DNA of 64,000 nt, taken from positions 3,200,001 to 3,264,000 of the forward strand of contig CAXXLZ010000002.1 in assembly GCA_963675595.2 (NCBI GenBank), in the 5' to 3' direction. This document shows positions 44,181 through 54,307 of this stretch, piece by piece. Below the pieces are notes generated by a model. It searched no databases and was not told where the DNA came from. It saw only the letters and a list, made by a program, of their open reading frames with translations. The stretch comes from Thermodesulfobacteriota bacterium. GTDB taxonomy: Bacteria; Desulfobacterota; Desulfarculia; JACQYL01. Made by a program: the position numbers and the translations under genes. Position 1 is the first letter of the stretch. Each line of letters starts with the position of its first letter.

Positions 44181-45269
44181 TCATGCTTGGTCCGCTTGGA
44201 GACGAAATTCATAGGTCCGTTTTTCCATGGTCAATCGCCATAGAACAACGGCCAGTTTCCGTGCCAACGCACAAATGGCCTTTTGTGGAAGGCCCGTTCG
44301 CGACAGGAGTTTTCGATAATGCGAATCAATGGCCGGATCCCTGGACTTCCACGTCCAGGCCGCCTCCACCAACAGACTCCGCAGTCGCGTCTGACCCACG
44401 GGAGGAAGCGCCACTCGAGATTTCCGCTCTCCGCTTTGTCTTACCAACGGTGCGAGTCCCAGATAGCTGGTCACTTCCTCCACCCGATGGAACCGACTCG
44501 GGCGAAACAATTCCAGGAGGAAGGTAGCCGCTGTGATGGGACCCACCCCGGGGACGCTTCGAAGGCATCGCATTTCCTCAAAGTGTTCAGGTTTCTCGCA
44601 CACACTGGAAGTCCTTTCCTCCATGAAGGCTTTTTCCTTTGTGAGGAAATTCAACTCACGGAGCAAGCTGAGCAGCGTCGCTTTGGCCTCCTTCGGCAGA
44701 CGAAGCTTTCGAAGTTGCGCCACAGCGCTTCGGCCCCAATGATTGAGCCCGGGAGGCGCCTCCACACCGTGAAACAGCAGAAGGGATTGAATTCTCTGCT
44801 TAACGCGTCGAGTGCCGTCGGCCAGATCGTGCCGACGGCGAATTACGCTGCGTTCGGCCTCCTCTTCCTCCGTGGGAACGGCGATGGACTTCAATATCCC
44901 TCGGGCGGCATGGTCCGCCAACCGCATGCAATCCAGGCGGTCGGTCTTGGCCCCCGCAGTCACCGGCCTAGGGACCCGACTCGGCGCCACCACGATCACG
45001 CTGAACCCGGCTTTGGCCAAAGTGCGCGCAAGGCCGAAGCCGGTGGGCCCCGCTTCGTAGGCTACGGCTCGGATGCGCCTCAAGTGGGGGAGCAACATGG
45101 CCACGATGGCCTCCGGAGAGGCCGAGGACACAAAAGTCTTCACCTCGCCGTCGCTGCGAAGCACGGCCACGTGGTAGCTCTTTTTGTGTACGTCGATCCC
45201 GACGTGGAAATCACGGTCGATATCCAGCTCCAAAAACTTGGCCAATTCTGTTACTTTCGTTGCTACCAT
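44181..45269 (-). CDS. IS110-family DEDD recombinase/transposase
   Basis: 'VGIDVHKK', 'YEAGPTGF', 'KTDRLD', 'SVPGVGPITA', 'YLGLAP..RQSG', 'ALARKL'; AGGAG RBS before ATG 45269. Confidence 0.93.
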   Translation of the reverse strand: MVATKVTELAKFLELDIDRDFHVGIDVHKKSYHVAVLRSDGEVKTFVSSASPEAIVAMLLPHLRRIRAVAYEAGPTGFGLARTLAKAGFSVIVVAPSRVPRPVTAGAKTDRLDCMRLADHAARGILKSIAVPTEEEEAERSVIRRRHDLADGTRRVKQRIQSLLLFHGVEAPPGLNHWGRSAVAQLRKLRLPKEAKATLLSLLRELNFLTKEKAFMEERTSSVCEKPEHFEEMRCLRSVPGVGPITAATFLLELFRPSRFHRVEEVTSYLGLAPLVRQSGERKSRVALPPVGQTRLRSLLVEAAWTWKSRDPAIDSHYRKLLSRTGLPQKAICALARKLAVVLWRLTMEKRTYEFRLQADQA

Positions 45270-45493
45270 GTTGGTCTCCTTTCTGTTTGGGTGATGCTCC
45301 ATCATAACGATCGAGCACCTGAGGCCAACATGGTATTTTCCCGGCCCCTTTCCCAAACAATTTGAGCGGGTTGCTCGCCGGCGCATCGCAACCGAGGTCG
45401 GGCGGTCTCACTGAATAGGTTACCGGGTCCGTAACAAAAGGAGCCTCTCCGCCGAAGGCGGTGAGGCCTGCTTGAAATGTTTAAAGGGGGGCG

Positions 45494-45527
45494 CACGGGG
45501 GTAGCTTTTTTAAAAGCTCCCCCCGTG
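45494..45527. repeat. REP-like hairpin immediately 5' of the group II intron
   Basis: CACGGGGGTAGCTTTT-TT-AAAAGCTCCCCCCGTG; same design as 61118-61164 and the IS target. Confidence 0.7.
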
Positions 45528-45534
45528 AATGCCT

Positions 45535-47558
<2,024 letters not shown>

Positions 47559-47589
47559 ACGACAGGAGAATGGCTGAAAGGCTTCAGTC

Positions 47590-48135
47590 GTGATCACGCG
47601 CCGTCAATATCTCATCGGATCGGCCCTGGCCCTCTGCGGTGTCGGGTGCGGATGGGCGATGTTCGGCCCGCTTTATCGGCGCATGCGGTGGAAGCACATT
47701 GTGATCCACCACAGTGCGTCGGATGCGGGCAACGCGGAGGTGTTTGATGCGTGGCATCGACAGCGGGGCCTGCGCTTCGGCTTGGCGTACCATTTCGTCA
47801 TCGGCAATGGAAAGGGCTCGGGAGACGGCGCGGTGGAGATCGGGAACCGATGGGAAAAGCAACTGTGGGGCGCCCACGTCAAGAACCGCACATGGAATCT
47901 GCATTCCATCGGAATCTGCCTGGTGGGCAATTTTGAACATGACTCACCCACGCCTCGGCAGATCAGCCGCCTGGAAAAGCTCATCCTCGAGCTGTCGGAA
48001 ACCTACGGAATCGAGGTTTCCGAAATGAAAGGCCATAAAGAAGTGCCCGGGGAACACACCCTTTGTCCCGGGTCAAGGTTTGATTTGGATGCGTTTCGGT
48101 CGGGTCTGGGGGTTGGCCCTGGACCTTTTGCATAG
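47590..48135 (+). CDS. N-acetylmuramoyl-L-alanine amidase (Amidase_2/PGRP-like) with a Tat-like signal
   Basis: 'ITRRQYL', 'IVIHHSA', 'YHFVIGNG', 'SIGICLVGNF', 'GHKEV...TLCPG'. Confidence 0.85.
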   Translation: MITRRQYLIGSALALCGVGCGWAMFGPLYRRMRWKHIVIHHSASDAGNAEVFDAWHRQRGLRFGLAYHFVIGNGKGSGDGAVEIGNRWEKQLWGAHVKNRTWNLHSIGICLVGNFEHDSPTPRQISRLEKLILELSETYGIEVSEMKGHKEVPGEHTLCPGSRFDLDAFRSGLGVGPGPFA

Positions 48136-48139
48136 TCCG

Positions 48140-48303
48140 AGGAGAAGCGCCGCCGCCGCTTTCGAATCCGAAGACCTACTTGCCGCGGCGGGCTTGGGGG
48201 TTATTCGTCCGGCCTCGGGCCGGCGCGGGTGAGAGGGTCTGGTCAACACCTGTGCACGGGAGCGCAATCCTTGAACGGCGCTCTTCGGGCGAAGGGTGGT
48301 GAA
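48140..48303 (-). ncRNA. Putative DGR RNA spacer (Sp) 3' of the template repeat
   Basis: Non-coding GC-rich stretch directly 3' of TR that ends in a long stem (GCCCGCCGCGG...GCGGCGGCGGC); role inferred from the BPP-1 DGR. Confidence 0.5.
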
Positions 48304-48425
48304 CTCAGCAGACGCGCGCCGAGGTTCTTGTTGCGGTTGTCCGGCGTGTTGTTGTTCCGATTCGCCGAACGGCAGTTCTTCGCGTTGTTGTTCCAGCTGC
48401 CGCCGCGTTTCACCCGGTTGGAGCC
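48304..48425 (-). repeat. DGR template repeat (TR)
   Basis: 122-bp ungapped match to 50494-50615; 11 AAC codons in the VR frame; begins about 10 nt after the RT stop codon. Confidence 0.96.
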
Positions 48426-48435
48426 TGATCGTCCC

Positions 48436-49446
48436 TCACACCAAATTCTTGCCGTAAAAGAAATCCCGTCTCATCCTCCAGGTATCAGCATGCAATACGT
48501 GGCCGAGCAGGCTTGCCGCCGACCTTGCGAACCGTTCATCATCCATTTCCCCGGATAGATAAGCCTTCTCATTTTCGCGAAACTTTCGACGAAACCGTAC
48601 CAGATTGGCACGCTTCAGCCGAATCAGGTTGGGAAACACCCTGAACCCCAAAAACGGAACCCCTTGCGAGACCGGCGCCAGGAAGGTTCCACTTTCCTTG
48701 AGGCGGAGATTGAGCCGCTGGGAAAGAAACATGCCGATCCGTGCCCTCAACCGGTGTAGCTCTTCCTTGCCGGTGCTCAGGACGACCATGTCATCCATAT
48801 ACCGGATGTACCGTTTCACTCCCAACTCGTCCTTCACGAAATGGTCCAGTTGATTCAGATAGTGGTTCGCCCACCATTGGCTCGTGAGATTACCTATGGG
48901 CAGGCCTTTGCCGGGTATTTGATCCGGCATGGGATGATCTATGATGAGAAAAAGCAAGGCGAGCAGGTCCGCATCCTTGATCTTGCGCTCGATCATCCGC
49001 TTCAGAATCGCATGGTCGACGGAATCGAAAAACTTCTCCACGTCCATTTTCAGAAAGAAATTCGAATCCCGGCAGAAGGATTGGAGCCTTGCAATCGCCC
49101 GGTGAGTGCCCTTGTCTTTCCGGCAGGCGTAGGAATCGTGAATGAACGACCGCTCGAAAAGAGGCTCCAGCACATTGCATACCGCATGATGGACGACGCG
49201 GTCACGAAAGTCGGCGGCGCAGATCCGCCGTTGTTTGGGTTCATGGATGGTGAAGCTTCGGTACGGTTCGGGACGGTAGGTCTTGGAAAGCAATTCTCGC
49301 TGCAAAGCGACCAGCTCGAACTCGAAATTCAGATGGAAATCGGCGACCCTGGGTTTGTTCAGCTTTCCTCTAAAGGCCTTGCGGGCCGCTGAGCACAGAT
49401 TGTGGAAGGAGCAAACATCCTCGAACAGATTTCCGTATCTCTTCAT
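48436..49446 (-). CDS. DGR reverse transcriptase
   Basis: 336 aa; 'FRDRVVHHA', 'GLPIGNLTSQ' (DGR-type SQ), 'YIRYMDD', 'PFLGFR'. Confidence 0.95.
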   Translation of the reverse strand: MKRYGNLFEDVCSFHNLCSAARKAFRGKLNKPRVADFHLNFEFELVALQRELLSKTYRPEPYRSFTIHEPKQRRICAADFRDRVVHHAVCNVLEPLFERSFIHDSYACRKDKGTHRAIARLQSFCRDSNFFLKMDVEKFFDSVDHAILKRMIERKIKDADLLALLFLIIDHPMPDQIPGKGLPIGNLTSQWWANHYLNQLDHFVKDELGVKRYIRYMDDMVVLSTGKEELHRLRARIGMFLSQRLNLRLKESGTFLAPVSQGVPFLGFRVFPNLIRLKRANLVRFRRKFRENEKAYLSGEMDDERFARSAASLLGHVLHADTWRMRRDFFYGKNLV

Positions 49447-49787
49447 GGTCCTTCCTGTTGCTTGATCCAGGCCCCCACCATCCTGCCGATCTCGTAGAGT
49501 TCTTTGACCGCGTGTTCATAACCTCGGTCGCCCAGGTACCTTTGTTCATGGGAAATACGGAGGAGCACTCGCATCTTTTCGATATCCAGATTGACGCGTC
49601 TCAACAGCGTGGTCTTGTTCGACGTATACGCCGCTTCAACGAGGCGTTCCAGGATGTCCAGAGCGAGGTTGCCCAGCCTGGAAGAAAACGTGAAGCGCAC
49701 CCGCTTGGGAAACTTTTCCGTGGCCGAAAGCAGCCAAGCGAGAAAGCGCCGCCAACGAACGAAAACTTTCAGGTCGTCGTGCCCCAA
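49443..49787 (-). CDS. avd: DGR accessory variability determinant (four-helix bundle)
   Basis: 'TEKFPKRVRFTFSSRL...EIGRMVGAWIK'; TTG start after GGAGGAG; ATGA overlap with the RT. Confidence 0.9.
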   Translation of the reverse strand: MGHDDLKVFVRWRRFLAWLLSATEKFPKRVRFTFSSRLGNLALDILERLVEAAYTSNKTTLLRRVNLDIEKMRVLLRISHEQRYLGDRGYEHAVKELYEIGRMVGAWIKQQEGP

Positions 49788-49789
49788 GA

Positions 49790-50278
49790 CTATGGCTCCT
49801 CCACGGTGGCTTTGGCGGAAGCGACCACCGCAAGGATGTCCTTGCCGTATTTTGTCAGCTTGGCGGTTCCAATCCCTTCCACGGCCGCAAGTTCGTTGAG
49901 GCTCTTGGGTGCCTTTGAGGCGATTTCGGCAAGGCGTCTGTTGTCGCAGATCACGTAGGGGGGCACGGCGTCCGTCTTGGCCCGTTCGTTCCGCCATTCC
50001 CGCAAGAGGTTGAAGAGCGGCATGCTTTCGTCCGAGAGCAGCGAGCGGTAGTCCTGCTTTTCCTTTTCCTGGAAATCCGTGGCTACGTCTGGGGTTTCCA
50101 CCTTCGGGCGAGGAAGTTTGTACAGCACCATGAACGTCCAGTACGCGTCGCCGTTTGCCGTGAAGAAATGCTCCCGCACCGAAAGGACCTCTTTGTCCGT
50201 CATGAAGGATCGGAGGGGTCCGTCGTCGAAACCCTCGATGACAGGTGAGAAACGGAGCGTGAAAATTCGTATGTGCAT
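49790..50278 (-). CDS. HRDC-domain DGR accessory protein
   Basis: 'LFNLLREWRNERAK...VPPYVICDNRRLAEIA...VEGIGTAKLTKYGKDIL'; lies between target and avd. Confidence 0.88.
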   Translation of the reverse strand: MHIRIFTLRFSPVIEGFDDGPLRSFMTDKEVLSVREHFFTANGDAYWTFMVLYKLPRPKVETPDVATDFQEKEKQDYRSLLSDESMPLFNLLREWRNERAKTDAVPPYVICDNRRLAEIASKAPKSLNELAAVEGIGTAKLTKYGKDILAVVASAKATVEEP

Positions 50279-50480
50279 GGATTCACGAATCCGATGGTAA
50301 ATTCAGCCTCGCTTCGCTCGGCTTTCTCTTCCCCCTATCCTCACGCCGGGGACGGCTGCCCGTTCCGGGCCGGGTTCTCCGCTCATGGGCTTCGCCGCAT
50401 GCGCAGGCTCCGCCCTCTTCGCTTGGAACCCAGGCCCTCCCCGACAAGGAAAACCACAAAGGGTAAAGGGGTAAAAGGGA

Positions 50481-52604
50481 TCAGGGGTAAGACCTCAGCA
50501 GACGCGCGCCGAGGCTCCGGCTGCGGTTGCCCGGCGTGAGGATGTAGCGACTCGCCGAACGGCAGAACCCCGCGCTGAAGAGCCAGCTGCCGCCGCGTAT
50601 CACCCGGCCGGAGCCCGACGACGGACCCGTGGGATCCGTCACGGATCCACCGGGATAGTCGCCGTACCAATCCTGCACCCACTCCCACACGTTTCCGTGC
50701 ATATCATACAATCCCCAGGCATTGGGATCATAACTCCCCGCAGGCACCGTGGAATCAACCGGCAAACCTCTCGATTTTGCGTAGGAGACACATCTTGTTT
50801 CCGAACTTCCGGGATCGTTTTCATAGTTCATCTTGTCACACCTCGGCTCGTCTCCCCAAGGGTATCGGCCCGTGCTGCCGGCCCGCGCCGCATACTCCCA
50901 CTCCGCTTCCGTGGGCAGCCGATACCGATGCCCTCCCGCCAACCGATTGAGCTTCCCGATGAACTCTTGACAGTCGTTCCAGGAAATATTCTCCACGGGG
51001 CAGTCGTCTCCACAATTCTTGAATTCGGAGGGATTGCTCCCCATAACGGCCTTCCACTGCCCTTGGGTGATCTCCGTGGTCTGCAGGTAAAACCCTTTGC
51101 TAAGCGTCACTTGGTGCTGCGTCTCATTGCTGACTCGGCCCGGCTCGTTGCTCGGGCTTCCCATCATGAACGTGCCCGGCGGAATGTACGCGAAGGTGAA
51201 TTCCACGCCGGCAATGCGATCCACAAGGGTTTTCCCCGTTCTTTCCGAAGACTGCGACGGCTTGGGGGGAACCGCCGTCAGCCGGATTTCCACGTCCCGG
51301 TCTTCCCCGGCGTCCAGATCGATCCATTCCTCGTGCGCTTCGTATCCTTCCGCCGAGACCTCCAGATGATACCGCCCGGCGGCCAGTTCCATCCCTTGGC
51401 TGAACCGAGGCGCGATGTTCAAAATCCGCACCGCGGCGTCGGAAGGAACCGTACGCACGTACAGCCGTGCCGGCTTGGGCCTTACCGCCGTCAAGGACGC
51501 CCGCACGATGCGTTTGCGCCCGGATTGAATCTCCATTTCGTCTTCCCAGGGCTCGTACCCCTCTTTGATGATTCGCACCCGAACACGACCGGCGGGCACA
51601 TCCGGCACGAAGGCCGGAGCTTCCCCCATGTCCTTCCCGTCCATGTACACTCGCGCGCCGTCCACCCGTGTCCCGTTTACACTTGCCCGGATCTCCAGGT
51701 GCCCGGTCTTCTTATCCGGCTTGGGACCGGGCGGTTCCGGCTCGCTCCATTGAGCTCCCTGTTGTGCGATAAAAACAAAGTCGCCCCTCGAAAGTTCATA
51801 ATCGCGAATGTTCCCGAATTGAGGGGTCTGGTCTTCGTGTTTGGGCACCTCCTTGCGCAGATATAACCCCAGTTCCGTGCCGGAGATGTACCCGTCCTTG
51901 TCCATATCTCCCAATCCGTATTTCAAGGCATCCACAAAGGCCGGCGTAAAGGTGCTCTTAGCCGGCACCGATTCCCCCGCATCTCCGGCCGTCAGATACT
52001 GTCGCACGGGGAGGGCGGTCATTTTGCTGATGTCCGGCGGCACGTTCGGCAGGTCCTTGGCCTTGAAAATGGTGCCCGAAAAACAGCTGTCGAAAAGAAA
52101 CAAGGCGTGCTTGGCGTTCATGTCGCGGGACCAGGCCAGAATCTGATCCATGGAAAGGGACTTCCGAAGGAATTCCTTTTCATTTTCACGAGGGTCCGGA
52201 GCGTCCTTGGGCAACAGGTAGCCTTTGGAACCGTCCCGCATGGTATGCCCATGACCCGAAAAGAAGAACAGCAACCGGTTCCGCCTGTCGTACCCGTATT
52301 TGTCGATGAAGGCCTTGAAAGTTTCATCCAGTTCCCTGCCGGTAAGATTGTCCTTCCTCACCACCTCGAACCCTTGGTCCTTGAGCACCTCTCCTACCGC
52401 GTCCAATTCCTTCGGTACGTTGGGGAGTCTGGGCCAGCCGGCGGTGTAGTCGCTCATGCCGATAAGGAGGGCATAACTGCCGTCGTAGAGCGGCAGCACT
52501 TCCCCCGACTTGGTCTTGACCTGGATCCCCTTGCTCGTTCCCGAGGAGGTCAGGGGGAGGAACAGCGCCGAAATCAATACCAGAACGGGAAGGAGTCTTC
52601 TCAT
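50481..52604 (-). CDS. DGR target: signal peptide - caspase-like (C14) peptidase - two PEGA-like domains - FGE-sulfatase/CLec domain with C-terminal VR
   Basis: 'FFFSGHG' / 'FDSCFSG' dyad; 'RLPTEAEWEYAARAG', 'GLYDMHGNVWEW', 'RVIRGGSW'; GGAGG RBS before ATG 52604. Confidence 0.92.
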   Translation of the reverse strand: MRRLLPVLVLISALFLPLTSSGTSKGIQVKTKSGEVLPLYDGSYALLIGMSDYTAGWPRLPNVPKELDAVGEVLKDQGFEVVRKDNLTGRELDETFKAFIDKYGYDRRNRLLFFFSGHGHTMRDGSKGYLLPKDAPDPRENEKEFLRKSLSMDQILAWSRDMNAKHALFLFDSCFSGTIFKAKDLPNVPPDISKMTALPVRQYLTAGDAGESVPAKSTFTPAFVDALKYGLGDMDKDGYISGTELGLYLRKEVPKHEDQTPQFGNIRDYELSRGDFVFIAQQGAQWSEPEPPGPKPDKKTGHLEIRASVNGTRVDGARVYMDGKDMGEAPAFVPDVPAGRVRVRIIKEGYEPWEDEMEIQSGRKRIVRASLTAVRPKPARLYVRTVPSDAAVRILNIAPRFSQGMELAAGRYHLEVSAEGYEAHEEWIDLDAGEDRDVEIRLTAVPPKPSQSSERTGKTLVDRIAGVEFTFAYIPPGTFMMGSPSNEPGRVSNETQHQVTLSKGFYLQTTEITQGQWKAVMGSNPSEFKNCGDDCPVENISWNDCQEFIGKLNRLAGGHRYRLPTEAEWEYAARAGSTGRYPWGDEPRCDKMNYENDPGSSETRCVSYAKSRGLPVDSTVPAGSYDPNAWGLYDMHGNVWEWVQDWYGDYPGGSVTDPTGPSSGSGRVIRGGSWLFSAGFCRSASRYILTPGNRSRSLGARLLRSYP
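50494..50615 (-). repeat. DGR variable repeat (VR)
   Basis: 23 mismatches to TR, 22 at TR adenines; encodes about the last 40 residues of the target. Confidence 0.96.
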
Positions 52605-53096
52605 ATGCACCTCCCAGGATTGAAGTTTGCCGAAGGACGGGAAAAGCGACCCCAATGTTTCAAAACCGAATCCCGGCTTCCGGCGCGGGAACCGGAGCAA
52701 TAAAGACCAAATGAGCCCCGGGTTCCAACTCTGGAACCATACTTCGATAATTCCCGGGTTGGAAATCAAGGATTATTTCATCAACGCCGAGACTCCGGCG
52801 GACATCCCGGAGCACGGAATATCGGAAGCTATCGAAATGGAGTACCAAAAACAGGCCCTTCGAGCAATCCGAAACCGCAACACGGGAGCCCGACGGAATT
52901 TCCTCGGTGATTCCGCCGGTTGCGGAGCCGGTCGGGTCGATCGACAAGAAACCGCCCTGAAAGCCTAGTTCGTCGCTCGCTCCCGCTCTCGCATGCATTC
53001 ATGGTGGAAGACTTTGTCGAAAGCCTTCCACCGTACTCCCATCCAAGGCTCCTCAGACAGGCCTCTCCGCCGAAGGCGGCAAGGTCCGCGCTGGCG

Positions 53097-54273
53097 CTAC
53101 AGCTTCAGCAGGTTCTTGAGACGTCGAATGGCCAGTAACGCGTCCGCGCCGTCCACCGGTCCGTGAGGGTTGAACTCCCCCGTGGCCAAACTTTCGGATT
53201 CCATGACTCCCCGGCTGGTGACCACCATGACCGCGTTGAAATAGGGCAGATCGCTCCTCAGATCCGGAAACGGCGAGGCGCTCCCGATGAATTCCGTGGA
53301 CAGCTTGTCGTCGCCGGTGAGCTTGACGAGGATGTCCTCCACCATGACGGCGTACTCGGCCCGGTTGATGGGTTCATCCGGATGAAAGGTGTGGTCCGGG
53401 TACGGTTCCAGGCCTCGCACGCCCAGCTTGATGACTTCGTCGATGTCGGCCTTTAAAGGATGGTCTTGGATATCCACGGCCGGTGCCGTCTTCACCAGGG
53501 TTTCCGTTTCAAAGTCCTTCTCGGGGGAATGGAAGGCCGTATCGAATTCCTTTCGGCCCATTTTGCGGTAGAGCTCGTTCAGCTTCAACTCCTGGATGAA
53601 CAAAGCGGCTGCGTCGGCTCGACCGATCTTGTCGATCAAGGCGATTTTCTTTCCAATCAGGGTGCCGGGCGCGGCGCGGCGCGGCGCGGCGGATTTTTTG
53701 CACCAGTTTCCACTCCGTGTCTGCCTGATTCACGTAATCCTTGTCGATCTCGATGACCTTGGCGAACAGGTCCGCCGCCTTGCCGAATTCATAGGCCGTT
53801 CGGTAGGCCGTGCCCATGAAGTAATACGTCGGCGCGTACCGGTCGTTGATCTTTTCGGCCTTCTTGAAGTGCTTCTCGGCCTTTTCCACCCAATCTTCCG
53901 CTCGTTAAGCCGAATAGACGCGCACCATGCCCACATGGTAGTCCAGTTTGTCCTGTTCGGACTTCATGGTGTCTTCGGCCGCTTCCATGTGTCGGAATGC
54001 GGAATCGAAGTCGCCTTTGAGCGCCGTTGTAATGCCGAGCCCGGAAAAGGCTCGGGAATACTTGGGGTCCAGCTCGACGGCGAGGTTGAATTCCCGTTCC
54101 GCGTCGTCCGGGCGTTCTTCCTCCAAAAGCCTCAATCCGGTGAGCACGTGGTGTTCCGGGGTATCCATGGCCCCGGTGGGCTTGCGGATCCGGGGTTCCT
54201 TGGCGCAGGAGGCCGCCAGCAGCAGAACGGATACGGCGGCCAGGGCCGCGAATACTCGCAATTTGGCGTTCAT
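53097..54273 (-). pseudogene. TPR + SLH-domain lipoprotein pseudogene
   Basis: Lipobox AASC, TPR helices, SLH 'PYPDHTFHPDEPINRAEYA'; in-frame TAA at 53905-53907 and a 10-bp tandem duplication at 53671-53690. Confidence 0.85.
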
Positions 54274-54307
54274 GGATCAATCCTCCGATGGGGTTATGGG
54301 CTTGGCG

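Larger units (their letters stand above)
43951..45341 (-). mobile_element. IS110-family, IS1111-group insertion sequence (about 1.39 kb)
   Basis: Sub-terminal inverted repeats ATGTGGCCTCA (43952-43962) / TGAGGCCAACAT (45320-45331); TTTCC at both junctions; long non-coding region downstream of the transposase. Confidence 0.85.

Noticed and set aside
48325-48395. GTT-rich stretch as a microsatellite or CRISPR-like repeat
   Set aside because: These are the AAC codons of the DGR template repeat; I saw no repeat-spacer array in the window.
48436-49446. Second RT as a retron or truncated intron
   Set aside because: The SQ motif, adjacent avd and the TR/VR pair identify it as a DGR RT; no domain V/VI follows it.
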